Assembly (NCBI RefSeq): GCF_006345805.1
Contig: NC_043019.1
Location: forward strand, 14,817,360 to 14,881,359
Length of the DNA: 64,000 nt
Reading direction: 5' to 3'
Source: Octopus sinensis
Lineage: Eukaryota
In this document: piece by piece, positions 1-11,387 of the stretch
Numbering within the stretch: the stretch's first letter is position 1
Layout of the letters: the number at the start of each line of letters is the position of its first letter
Program-made: the position numbers and the translations under genes
Notes under the pieces: model-generated
The model's input: only the letters and a program-made list of their open reading frames with translations
Databases searched by the model: none
Told to the model about the DNA's origin: nothing

Positions 1-77
1 GAAGACAGAAGGGGTAAAGAAGCAGAGAAAAGAGAAGGAAACGGAGGTTTGATGATGATGAGATAAAGAATATTTAC

Positions 78-201
78 CTGTACAACATTTGTGGACATCA
101 AGTTTCCCAACCAGACTAATTCTTTGGAGTTCGTCTTCTAATATCAACTGGTCTGAGTATGAGGTATAATTCGACTGAAGGGGCTGAGGTAACAGGTTGT
201 G
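78..201 (-). CDS. POLD2: POLD2 coding exon 3 (HNLLPQPLQSNYTSYSDQLILEDELQRISLVGKLDVHKCCTG); gene continues off the left edge
   Basis: Acceptor TTTTCCAG, donor G|GTAAAT, 124 nt, in frame with exon 2; contains HNLLPQP and LEDELQRI.L.G. Confidence 0.95.
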
Positions 202-323
202 CTGGAAAACATAGAAGGGCAGTTTCATGTTGACTATTTGTAGAAGTCAAGGAAGGATAAGGAAGATAAACAGATAGAAAATGGGTTGTTGTGGTATTCG
301 TATTGTGTTCTGTTGTTAATTTA

Positions 324-694
324 TACTCTTTTACTTGTTTCAGTCATTTGACTGTGGCCATGCTGGAGCACTGCCTTTAGTCGAGAAAATCGACCCCAGC
401 CTAGTACTTATTCTATCAGTCTCTTTTGCTGAACTGGTAAGTTACGGAGACATAAACACACCAGCATCAGTTGTCAAGCGATGTTGGGGAGACAAACACA
501 GACACACAAACATATATATATACATATATACGACGGGCTTCTTTCTGTTTCCATCTACCAAATCCACTCACAAGGCTTTGGTCAGCCCAAGGCTATACTA
601 GAAGACACTCGCCCAAGTTGCCATGCAATGGGACTGAACCTGGAACCATGTGGTTCGTAACCAAGCTACTTACCACACAGCCACTCCTACGCCT
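324..694 (-). mobile_element. SINE family A (tRNA-like head, internal TA/CA tract, AAGAGT tail); about 25 full or partial copies in the window
   Basis: A box GTGGCTGTGTGG, B box GGTTCAGTCCC, shared body and tail. Other copies: 707-870+, 2783-3159-, 6455-6855+, 20116-20521-, 24127-24635+, 29205-29653-, 35433-35590+, 37830-38232-, 38737-39160-, 48697-49127+, 49136-49292-, 52911-53320+, 56789-57250+, 63753-64000+. Confidence 0.9.
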
Positions 695-1065
695 TATAGT
701 GGAAATGGGTGCAGGCATGGTTATGTGCTAAGAAGTTTGCTTCCCAACCGTGATTCTGGGTTCAGTTCTGATGTGTGGCACCTTGGACAAGTGTCTCCTG
801 CTATAGCGCTGGGCCGACCAAAGCCTTGTGAGTGGGTTTGATAAATAGAAACTGAAAGAAGCCTGCTATGTATGTGTGTGTGTGCATGTGTGTACACACA
901 CATATCATCATCTTTTTAATGCCCACTTATCCATGCCTGTATATGGGCTGGACGAAGCCCATACACTAAAATACTGAGACAGCAAAAACTGATAAACAAA
1001 GCAAAGCAAGAAAATCAAGAAAAAAAAAAAATCACAGACAAGTGTGAATCAAGAAAGGCACTCAC

Positions 1066-1187
1066 TTCTTCACTAATTTCTTTCACGATGCTTGGCTGAA
1101 GCTGCATAAGCTTAAACAGAGTTCCAATGATGACACATTTCTTGTCAGCTTCCAGTTCATATAGTTTGTTTATTTTCACATCTTTAC
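1066..1187 (-). CDS. POLD2: POLD2 coding exon 2 (GKDVKINKLYELEADKKCVIIGTLFKLMQLQPSIVKEISEE)
   Basis: Acceptor TTTTTCCAG, donor GAA|GTGAGT, 122 nt, phase 1 to 0; contains the conserved C.IIGTLFK.M.LQPSI..EISEE. Confidence 0.95.
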
Positions 1188-1206
1188 CTGGAAAAAATAA
1201 ATAGAA

Positions 1207-1603
1207 TCTACTATAATAAAACTCTTGTGATTTTCTCCGTCACAACATACGAATGAGAAAGGAAGGGGTGATGGCAAACTTGGTAGAGGGGTGATGGAAG
1301 TTCTATGGTGAAAAAAAAAATCAAACAGCGTTTCAACTCTGCATGCGTATATGTGTGTATGTAAAAGGGAGTCATGTGAATGTTTGTGTGTGTGTGGGTG
1401 GGTGCAATGGAGGTGGGGTGGTAGACATTCTACACTGAAAAGAAAAAGTAAACAGCGTTTCAACTCTGTGTGAGTATATGTGTGTGTGTATAAGTGTGTA
1501 CAAGGGAAATATGTGAATGTTTGTATCTGTGATTATTATGTACCTTATTTATGCATAAAATGCTACAATTAGCCGTCATTTTTGACAGCACGGGGCCAGC
1601 TAG
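1207..1603 (+). mobile_element. Non-autonomous Helitron-like element in POLD2 intron 1 (same 3' end, reversed, at ~13035-13080)
   Basis: A|TCTACTATAATAAAA start; GCCGTCA-tttt-TGACAGC hairpin 10 nt before the terminal CTAG. Confidence 0.65.
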
Positions 1604-2129
1604 CGGTCATTATGTTTATTAACCTTTTTTAAAAAGAATTTTACTTGCTTCAGTCAACAGACTGTGGCACCACCTTGAAAATTTTTAGCCAAATGAATCG
1701 ACCACTCTTTTTTTTACTACAAAAATAACCTCAAAAACAAGGCTGTGTTGCACAATTTTGAGATCTTTAGCTAAGGGAGGCAACTCTGCCTGAACAATTT
1801 TAGTTTTACCAGGGAATGAAACTTTCACAATGCCGATTTTTTGGCAATTTTCTGGAACCTCCGCATCCGAAAACGGATTTCTGGTAAAAAAAAAATTACA
1901 AAAATAAACAAATTTAGGAGAAATTGGGTGGGGTGGGGGGCTAAGTTTACCCACAAATGTTTCTTTCATCAAAAGATCGCATTCACCCTAACCAAAAAAA
2001 AACAACCCCACATAATCACCAAATATCTGCACAACTTCAAGTGAACCCTCTTCACCGAAACAAACCGTCGAATGCACGGCAGGGCCTTTGCTAGTCTTTC
2101 ATACACAGGTACATACATAAATACATCAT

Positions 2130-2456
2130 CATCACCATTGTTCGACCGTGGTCGAGACAATGGAATTTACCATGCTACACCAGACTTCACGGTCCATCAT
2201 GGCATTACGGAGGTCCTGTTGCTGGATGCCTGTATCCCTGGAGATTACATCAGGGTAGGAGAGTGTGCGCCCTCTGGTATTGCGAATAGATGGCTTCCAG
2301 AGGAGAAGAGTAGAAATTACTTCTTTTTCAGCTCTACAACAATGTCCAGCAAACTGGACTCTCCTACCTTTCACAAGAGATGACACAGGTGGTAGTTTCC
2401 CATATAATTGCATTTTGGTTGGATGGCGTTTCCACAAGAGATTTTGAGCTCTCATA
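2130..2456 (-). mobile_element. LINE (RTE-like) ORF 3' end; second copy at 40385-40700
   Basis: HPTK.QLYG.LPPVS..V..RR.QFAGHC.R...RGR.LSYPD...DR..W; the two copies are clearly homologous. Confidence 0.8.
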
Positions 2457-2721
2457 AGTCGACATAAATACACACGTTATCTCATGGAACCAAAAGTAAA
2501 AGGAGAGAAATTTTTCACGGAAGCAAACGAACATTTGGCAGTTCTGAGACCAAAGGCGGTAATAATAGTGAAACTGAAGAAATTACGTTACCATAACTAC
2601 GCAGTACTTTTGATTAGAAAACGTGTTTATCAAATTTTTCACTGGGAAAAGGTCGATAACTTTTAACGTTTCGGCTGGCAGTCCTTCGACAGTCAAATCT
2701 CCAAATGCGATTGATCGCCTA

Positions 2722-3300
2722 TGGTCCCGGTGCGCGCACTCGCGCTGGCTAGTCGATCCTTACTCTGTTTTTGTGTTTTATTTACTTTACTCTTTTACTT
2801 GTTTCAGTCATTTGACTGTGGCCATGCTGGAGCACCGCCTTTAGTCGAGCAAATTGTCCCCCAGGACTTATTCTTTGTAAGCCCAGTATTTATTCTATCG
2901 TTCTCTTTTGCCGAACCGCTAAGTTACGGGGACGTAAATACACCAGCATCGGTTGTCAAGCAATGCTAGGGGGACAAACACAGACACACACATATACGTA
3001 TATACGACGGGCTTCTTTCAGTTCCCATCTACCAAATCCATACACAAAACTTTGGTCGGCCCAAGGCTATGGTAGAAGACAGTTGCCGAAGGTGCCACGC
3101 AGTGGGACTGAACCCGGAACCATGTGGTTGGTAAGCAAACTACTTACCACACAGCCACTTTGTTTAAAAAAAATTACTTACTTTGTTTTAAAAATATTTA
3201 CTTTATGTAAAAAAATTATTTTTTTGTTTTATTTACTTTGCTAGGTAGTTGTAGGATCGACTAGTAACGACTAGCTTGCGCGAGTACGCGCACCGGGACC
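2722..3300. mobile_element. Small CpG-rich fold-back element split by a SINE insertion
   Basis: GGTCCCGGTGCGCG.ACTCGCGC..GCTAGTCGATCCT at 2722-2760 is mirrored at 3252-3300. Confidence 0.65.
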
Positions 3301-3502
3301 ACTCTTCTTAAACAGTACCTTGTTTTTATATATAACTCGACATAAATTATTAAATAGCAGCTTGGTTCGGCTCCACGCAAACTTAGCTTCGTAATCTCTC
3401 TCTCGTCAAGCGAACCCACTTCAACAAGTTCCTCTGTACACATTACACCCTCACACAAACGACATAGTTTTCTCTTAGTCTTACATAAATCGTTAAACTC
3501 AC

Positions 3503-3725
3503 CCCATTTTTCTTTCGCTGCACGTTCTAATCCCGGTCTCATCTCCAGAAGACGCGAAGAATAAATATGGGCAAACTGACGGATGTATTGAAATTCCTTT
3601 AAATGGAATCTCTCGGATTTGTTTTCATAATCGCTGGTTTGTCTTTGGAAGATTTCTTGGTCTTCACTCGGAGCTGAAAGTAACTTCTCAGCACTTTTGA
3701 TGCTGTTTTGTCGTTCAAAAATCAT
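3503..3725 (-). CDS. POLD2: DNA polymerase delta subunit 2, coding exon 1 (MIFERQNSIKSAEKLLSAPS...RQFAHIYSSRLLEMRPGLERAAKEKWG)
   Basis: ATG at 3725; the RQFAHIY..RL..MRP..E..A...WG motif matches the PolD2/Pol31 N-terminus; ends at a phase-1 donor G|GTGAGT (GT at 3502-3501). Confidence 0.95.
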
Positions 3726-3815
3726 AATGGAGACAATAAGGACCTCACAGCCCTTTATCTAAAAAGATGGTTTATTATATTTTCTAAACAATTCTAAGAC
3801 GACAAGTTTCTCTCA

Positions 3816-3882
3816 TTTGGCGCCACTGAATCTCTAACGTTTGAAGAACAACTTAATACAGTTCCGTTACTTCCGCTTCCTG
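3816..3882 (-). promoter_or_regulatory. Candidate POLD2 proximal promoter motifs: E2F site TTTGGCGC (3816-3823) and tandem ETS/GABP-like ACTTCCGCTTCCTG (3869-3882)
   Basis: Exact motif matches 90-160 bp upstream of the POLD2 ATG; E2F control is typical of replication genes. Motif match only. Confidence 0.5.
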
Positions 3883-4000
3883 TCTGGTTTATTGTTGTTA
3901 GCAACCGTTTGTTGTCACGATGGACTTGTCCGGTGGTTGTCTTCTCCAGGTAGCCTTGTTTCAGCAGTACTATACTGACCATACTATACGTGACCATCCT

Positions 4001-4119
4001 GGGCGATATTTCGTTTTGACTCGAAATAATGTAAACAATGAATTCGGTGGGGATCTTTTCGGTGGTTTCCGGGACCACTTGTCTTGTCAGTTGGGAGGGT
4101 TGTGCGCGTGTGCTTGTTC

Positions 4120-4159
<40 letters not shown>

Positions 4160-4479
4160 ATGCTTGTTCCTCTGTGTGTTATTTCTACATTCCACAACAT
4201 ATAAATACATAAAAACAGAACACACACACACACAGAAGAACAAGCACGCACATACACGCACGCACACACACGCACGCACACACATACGCACGCACACGCA
4301 CGCACACATACGCACGCACAGAAGAACAAGCACGCACACACACGCACGCACAAGCAAGAATAAGCGCGCACGCACAACCCATTTCTCTTCGCAACTGACA
4401 GTTGAATAGACAGCATGTGGTCACGGAAACCACCGAATTCCTTGTTTACATTTTTTCGAGTCAAAACGAAAGATCGCCC
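4001..4479. mobile_element. Fold-back/MITE-like element with >100-bp inverted arms, 276 bp upstream of the POLD2 ATG
   Basis: GGGCGAT.TTTCGTTTTGACTCGAAA..ATGTAAACAA is mirrored at 4440-4479; mirrored GT/CA tracts inside. Confidence 0.8.
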
Positions 4480-4519
4480 TACCCTGTTTTATTATTATTA
4501 TTCAGACAGAATTTATACC

Positions 4520-4859
4520 TAGGGCTACGTTAGGCACAACTACACAATCGTGCCCCGTGATTTCGTTACTTCATAACTTTCAGAAAAATTGATATTTTTT
4601 AATGAACTTTTCTACAAATTGTTCATAGTGTAGATTATGATTATATCGAAATTTAATGTGTGTGTGTGGGGGGGGGGGAACGGTAAGCATGCACACATAC
4701 ATACTGACTCAGATCCGTATATAGCTGTTAAATGAGAAAAGAAAACGTTATTCGTAATCCGAGAGATTTTTGTAGAAAATGTTTTTGAAAAATATTCATT
4801 TTTCTGAAAGTTATGAGGAAACAAAGTCAGGAGTAGGGCACTTGTGTAGGTAAGCCCTA
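4520..4859. mobile_element. MITE with degenerate ~100-bp TIRs (half copy at ~57255-57370)
   Basis: TAGGGC...TCATAACTTTCAGAAAAA mirrored by TTTTCTGAAAGTTATGA...GCCCTA. Confidence 0.65.
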
Positions 4860-5526
4860 CATTATTTAGCCATCATTAGGTTTATAAGATTAGTTTCACA
4901 TTGGTAAACTCTACTGGTTTTGATATGTACTTCTTTGTCAGGGCCTGGCATTTTAAAAAGTTTTGTTTGTCGAACGGTGTGCACCGAGCAGGCAGAAACG
5001 TTAGCACGCCGGGCGAAATGCGTTGCCGTATTTCGTCTGCCGCTACGTTCTGAGTTCAAAATACGCCGAGGTCGACTTTGTCTTTCATCCTTTCGGGGTC
5101 GATTAAGTAAGTACCAGTTACGCACTGGGGTCGATGTAATCGACTTAATCCGTCTGTCTGTTCTTGTTTGTCCTCTCTGTGTTTAGCCCCTTGTGGGTAA
5201 TAAAGAAATAGGTGTGTTTGCTTCCATTTATTATTTTTATTCTTATGAGAATCTATTGTGGAGCAAAATAATGTCGGTGTGAATTAAGTCGAAATTTGCG
5301 CCATATTTATAATTGTTTCTCATGTTAAGTATTTTTTTTCTCGATAAGTTAAATAAAAAATGAAAGAGCATACACCTTAATTGCTTGGGAACAATAAATA
5401 AGTTACATCTTAATTGTAAAAAGAAAGAAAGAAAAAAAAAATTTCAGTGTGACAAAAGGGGAAGTAATCGAATGTTAGAGAAAATGTATACAAAAAGAAA
5501 AAGTCGACCCTGATAAAAATAATATA

Positions 5527-5824
5527 TCTTTATATATAAAAGTGAAGTTGTGTGTCTGTCTCCTACGATTTAGATTCCTAACTACTCCCATATTTTGCGG
5601 TGCAGTTTAACCAAAACCGGGTATCTTATAGTCGTGATTCATATCGAGCCCTTCTGGGTATTAGCGCGCGTCTACGATGAGTCTACGATTAAAAAAAAAA
5701 ATTTACCATCATTTTTTTTCCATTTTTAATGCATTTTTTTGCTATTTTTTGGCTATAACTCTCTAAAAATGCTTATATAGTTATTTCCCTTACAAACCCG
5801 AGCAACGCCGGGCGATACTGCTAG
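5527..5824 (+). mobile_element. Non-autonomous Helitron-like element
   Basis: A|TC start, CCCG-AGCAACGC-CGGG hairpin, CTAG|T end. Confidence 0.75.
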
Positions 5825-7994
5825 TATTTAATAAATTTATTTATTTGTACAAAAGTGATGTTGTAGACTCAACGACCGGCCTTTATCCAAATTTTCCTTT
5901 CTTTCAGCTGGTTTTGTTTAATCCAGATCAGTCTTCGTTAATCAAACCTATTATGAAAGCTGTTGCAGCTGTGATTATCTTTTAATTCAAACATTGAGGA
6001 TTTTGGAGACTGATAATGCACAGAATAACCAGGAGCTTCTACGACATTCCAGGAGTCACAGATTAGATCTATGGATGGAACAAGGCTCAATCAGATGACA
6101 AGTGCCATTTTATGTCTTAAATATGTCTTTGTTCTTATGTCTAATGACTCATCCAGCTTCAATATCTTCTTTCTCTAGATTGTTTCAGTTTCAGAGTCCT
6201 TTGACATTTATCCTTAACTTTTAGCACACTGCATTTTCTCAAGAATTGTTTCCCCTGCCACTGCCCCTGTTACTGCAAGGGAGAAAACTCATACAGTGAC
6301 ATGAAACACCTACAGTGTGCTGAAGGTTAAATTACTGGATTGGAAGTATATGTTGAATGATACTGGGAAAGGGTTAAACATTCACAACCAGTTGTCTATT
6401 CAATTGTTTGCTGAGTATGAAGTTGTCATGGTGTTGGTGCTGTTTTCTTTGTTGGTGGCTGTGTGGTAAGTAGCTTGCTTACCAACCACATGGTTCTGAG
6501 TTCAATCCCACTGCATGGCTCCTTGGGCAAGTGGCTTCTACTATAGCCTCGGGCCAACCAAAGCCTTGTGAGTGGATTTGGTAGACGGAAACTGAAAGAA
6601 GCCCGTCGTATATATGTATATATATATGTATGTGTGTGTATATGTTTGTATGACTGTGTTTGTCCCCACAACATCGCTTGACAACCGATGCTGGTGTGTT
6701 TATGTCCCCGTAACTTAGCAGTTCGGCAAAAGAGACTGATAAAATAAGTTGTAGGCTTACAAAGAATAAGTCCTAGGGTCAATGTGCTCGACTAAAGGCG
6801 GTGCTCCAGCATGGTCACATTCAAATGACTGAAGCAAGTAAAATAGTAAAAGAAAGCGACAGTTGTGCATTGGCAGAGACATACTACTTGGATCTATGTC
6901 AATTTAACTGGTATAACAGTTATGGCCAGTCCACCACAACTGGGAAATAATTGCATTATGTTCATAACAGCAAAATTTGTGCCGTAAGAAAGAGGACATT
7001 GAGTGACTGATTCAACATTCTGGAGCTGCTACCAAGAACCACCTTTATATAGGGCTCAATGCGAAAGTTCTAGGAAGTTGAATCACGCAATGGTTTGATG
7101 CTAATTTGTTGGTTAATTGGCCGATCATGTGAAACTATTGTGGCTTGGCCATGATGTCTACTCATGTATCCAGCAGTTTGGTTTCAAATCTGCTACAAAG
7201 TCTTTCTGGCTTGCAGTTTGTCTGACTGGTAAATTATTAGATGGCTGGCAAATTTTCTGAAGTTGATGTATGCAACTCTGAGAGATTTGACCCTTTTTGT
7301 TCCTTTTACCATATTTGTAATCCCCATGTGTCCATCACAGTATTACCTTATGTGTCTGTTAACTGTTGAACAATTTCTATATTAGATTGTGCTCCAAAAT
7401 AAGCTATTTGAGTAATTTGTTAAATGCACACCTTTTATCATACATTTTATTAAAGTCATCACTGATGATAATGAGGACACTGTCATTTGTTATTGAGATA
7501 ATGAGCAAAAAGGCCTCTTGGGAGCAGCCTTTTACCCTTCTCTCATCAGGACTGGCTATGAGTCACTGCTTGAGGCCATCCTAACAGAAAATGCGGACGG
7601 GAAAAAGAGCAAGTGGCAGTCAGAGATGTTTGCCAACTGATGTCATGAAAGAATGGACTGGAAACAAGAGCCTGGTTGATTGCATGCTGTGCAACACAAA
7701 GGAAACTGAAGAGTGTCTTAGCAAGATGACCCTTGGACACATTGAGGGTACTTGGCTAATGGCTGAATCTGGATTGTGATGCAGAAATCCCTGTTGTAGC
7801 CATTTGCTTGTGATGAGCAGTGGCAGCTCATGGATAGGCATTGTGGAACTGCAGCGACCCTTATTTCCACTCGATATTATCGATAACATTCAATATAATG
7901 AGTCCTTTTGCTCTTTAATTCTTTCTTTATACTTTTACATTATATAATCCTTAAACTCAATGTCAGTGCCCATCCCCTAGTTTATGAAAGAAAT

Positions 7995-8490
7995 ACAAAA
8001 ATCCTTAATTAGAAGCACCACTGATGTTATATTTCTGGTAAGGCAAATGCAGGAGAAATACATAGCCAAAGATAAACCTCTGTACTTGGCTTTTGTTGAC
8101 ATGGAGAAAGCTTTTGACAGAGTTCCCTCATCCCTTTTCTGGTGGTCAATGCAGAAACTACAGCTAGACAAGTGGTTGGTGAGAGCTGTACAAGCTATGT
8201 ACAGGAATGCTATCAGTAAGGTGAGAGTTGGCAATGTGTATAGTGAAGAATTCCAAGTAGAAGTAGGGGTTCTCCAAGGATCTGACCTCAGCCCCACTCT
8301 TGTTCATTATAGTCCAACAGTCAGTAACAGAAGAATTCAAGACAGGCTGCCTCTGGGAGTTCCTCTATGCTAATGACCCTCTCTAATAGCTGAGTCACTG
8401 CCAGAAGACGAAGTTTAGGGTGTGGAAGCAAGGTCTAGAATCGAAGTGCCTTCGGGTTAACCTAGCCAATACCAAAGTCTTAGTAAGTAG
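7995..8490 (+). mobile_element. RT fragment of the same RTE-clade LINE family
   Basis: STTDVIFLVRQMQEKY..KDKPLYLAFVDMEKAFDRV...GVLQGSDLSP. Confidence 0.9.
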
Positions 8491-8648
8491 GAAGGGTGTC
8501 AAATCACAACCCTGCTTCAGTGTGTTTGGGTTTCTCTTTCAGTATTGTTTTTGGTGAAGTATCAAGTTGGACAGAGCTGCTCTTCTTTGTGCCTCCTGAC
8601 ATAATGTGGTTCATCTGGTATCTCAGGTAAAATATATAAATATATCAG

Positions 8649-8750
8649 CCTGTTACCCTTTCAGTATTCAAGACCCATTCATTGTCACAGAAACTCCCCA
8701 TGTTTATATTGCTGCCAACCAGAAAGAATTCCAGACCAAACTCATTCAAG
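8649..8750 (+). CDS. POLD2: Orphan late (penultimate-type) POLD2 exon on the opposite strand ((A)CYPFSIQDPFIVTETPHVYIAANQKEFQTKLIQG); functional status unknown
   Basis: CYPF...DPF....PHVY...NQ is the PolD2 C-terminal motif; bounded by CAG| and |GTATGC, 102 nt, phase 1/1, no stop. No neighbouring plus-strand POLD2 exons were found by eye. Confidence 0.8.
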
Positions 8751-9582
8751 GTATGCATATGTCTTATGTGACTTACATCCTTCACAGGGAACACAATGTT
8801 CATGTCTTCCTGCATTCTCATTGCTTCCAGTTTGAATAATTTCAGCTGCATCTGATTGGCACGTGAAAAAACATTCGAATGGAGGTCGTTGCCAGTGCCA
8901 CTGGACTGGCTCCTGTGCAGGTGGCACATAAGAAGCACCATTGGGCGTGGCCGTTGCCAGTACTGCCTGACTGGGCCGCTACACTCTCGGAGTGGTTGGC
9001 GTTAGGAAGGGCATCCAGCTGTAGAAACTCTGCCAGATCAGATTGGAGCCTGATGCAGCCGTCTGGTTCACCAGACCTCAGTCATATCGTCCAACCCATG
9101 ATAGCATGGAAAGCGGATGTTAAACGACGATGATGATGACATAGACAAAGTGAGAGGGTAAGAGAAAGTGAGTGTGAGAGAGAGAGAGAGATAAAATGAG
9201 GTTGAGTTCACAAATGTGAAATAGAAAGACACAAAACATAAAATAGATTATTTTTTATTTATATTTATATATATATATATCTAAATCTTTGTATTCATCT
9301 TTTATTTATGAAATTGAGACTTCACAGCAAGCTTACTTCAAGTTTCTGATTGTATTCATTAAGCATGATGACACACAGGTATTTAGATGAAAGAAAAGTA
9401 CATTCAATACAAATGTAGATTAAACATTTGTATTAATATTTTGACTCAGATTTTTCAGACACAAAAGAAGCATTTCATCTGAACCGCAATTATTTTACTT
9501 AGACATACATACATACATATATATATATATTCGTCCAACCAATGCTAGCATGGAAAGCGGACGTTAAATGATGATGATGATG

Positions 9583-9623
<41 letters not shown>

Positions 9624-9988
9624 CATACACACACATATATATACAGGTATATATGCATGCATATATATGTATACACACACATACATATATACACATGTAT
9701 ACACATACATATATATATATATATATACATACATATATATGCACACATACATATATACACATGTATACACATACATATATATATATAATTATATATATAT
9801 ATATATATACATATATATATGCATATATATATATATATATACACACACGTACATACATATATATATATACGTATACATATATATGTATAGTGAATCCAGA
9901 AAAAGAAGGACAAACATGTAAAAACAACAATGTGAGTATGTGGTACGAGTACTGTATTATCAGATGCTCAGGATAGGAAAGAAAGAGG

Positions 9989-10024
9989 ATTTAATGTTTC
10001 GAGCAAAAGCTCTTCTTCAGAAAT
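9989..10024 (-). ncRNA. Minimal hammerhead motif, slightly decayed
   Basis: Minus strand ATTT-CTGAAGA-A-GAGC TTTT GCTC-GAA-ACAT-T-AAAT; more decayed relatives at ~51520-51560 and 13512-13550. Confidence 0.5.
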
Positions 10025-10101
10025 AGAGGAAAGTCCAAAAGAAGAGAAGACAGAGGAAGAAAATTGCTAATGATTCACGTGGTTACAATATACATACATA
10101 A

Positions 10102-10145
<44 letters not shown>

Positions 10146-10456
10146 TATTATATATATATATATTATATATAATATATAATATATATATATATATATATAT
10201 AAATAGGATAAGATCGTTAATTAAAATAAAATAACGATCTTATGAAGTGGCCAGCATGGAAATAATAACCTTCGAAGGTAATAATTATTACTAAAATTAT
10301 AACTTAGGGTATCTGGAATTATCCAGTAATTTTTTTACTAGTTTTATTTTGTCGTTTTGTCTTCTCTCCTTGTGCTATATGAACACTTATGGAGGTTTTA
10401 GAGTCAGATCCTCGCTGCTATTTTCAGCATGGCGGTATCTCGTTGATACCCTAAGT

Positions 10457-10554
<98 letters not shown>

Positions 10555-10582
10555 CTATATATGTATGTATATATCTTATATC

Positions 10583-10614
<32 letters not shown>

Positions 10615-10631
10615 TATATTATATATATATT

Positions 10632-10664
<33 letters not shown>

Positions 10665-11091
10665 GATATTACGGCTGGTTTATGGGGTTAGCTAGGGTTA
10701 CATATCCATAAAGTGTTTCTTTACACCCAAAGCCCATTGGCTTATACCCTCTCTGGTGAATGGCCTCTCTATGGTTTAAGGGTTTAGGTTCTGAAGAAAC
10801 GGTAGACGATTGTAGATGATTCAACACAAAAGCCATAATGCATATAAGATATATCTCACCTAATCAATATTAATTTCTTATTTAAGAAGTAGTTATTTAA
10901 CATAGCAAAAAAACAAAAAAAAAACAAAAAAGGAAAAACAAACAACAAAACAATACGAAAGAAAATAAATATCTTCTCCTTATGATGCTTTTTCTCTTGG
11001 TGTTTGCATTCTCTACAAGGAATGCTGAAGGCATTAGATTACTTGAAAATTCTTCAAATTTTCCATGTTAAAAACAAACTTTTCTTTACAA

Positions 11092-11305
11092 TCAAGGAGC
11101 CGGAGCCGGTGGGTTTTTCTTGATGACTCTTATCTTTCTTGGTGGTGGTTTGTCCACATGGGTGTCTACATTTAAATTCGCTGCATAAGAAGGAACTACT
11201 GGTGTGTTAGGGTTGGATGGCGGCAATATGGAGAGTTGTTCTGTGCTTTTATTGGTTGCAGGCGGTTCTGCATTGTTGTCCAGAGGCAGGTTGTCTTCAT
11301 CTTCT
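11092..11305 (-). CDS. NIDO protein exon 6, cytoplasmic tail (KEDEDNLPLDNN...KPPPRKIRVIKKNPPAPAP*)
   Basis: Acceptor CTGTTCTAG, phase 2 matches exon 5 (AA|A = Lys); TGA at 11094-11092. Linkage inferred from phase and position. Confidence 0.75.
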
Positions 11306-11387
11306 CTAGAACAGTTAACAGAAGAAAACATATTCCATACTTATCTTTCGGAAAAAGCTAAATACATATCTCTACATTATAAACCAC

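Noticed and set aside
1685-1972. 95-aa minus-strand ORF inside POLD2 intron 1
   Set aside because: No PolD2 similarity, and exons 1 and 2 already join in phase.
3261-3502. ORF-track extension of POLD2 exon 1 to 154 aa
   Set aside because: Read-through past the GTGAGT donor into intron.
7878-7885. DRE-like TATCGATA near the orphan POLD2 exon
   Set aside because: A single 8-mer with no evidence of a TSS; plausible by chance.
8780-8865. Possible terminal POLD2 exon right after the orphan exon
   Set aside because: All three frames lack the P.F..T...LVNL motif and hit stops quickly.
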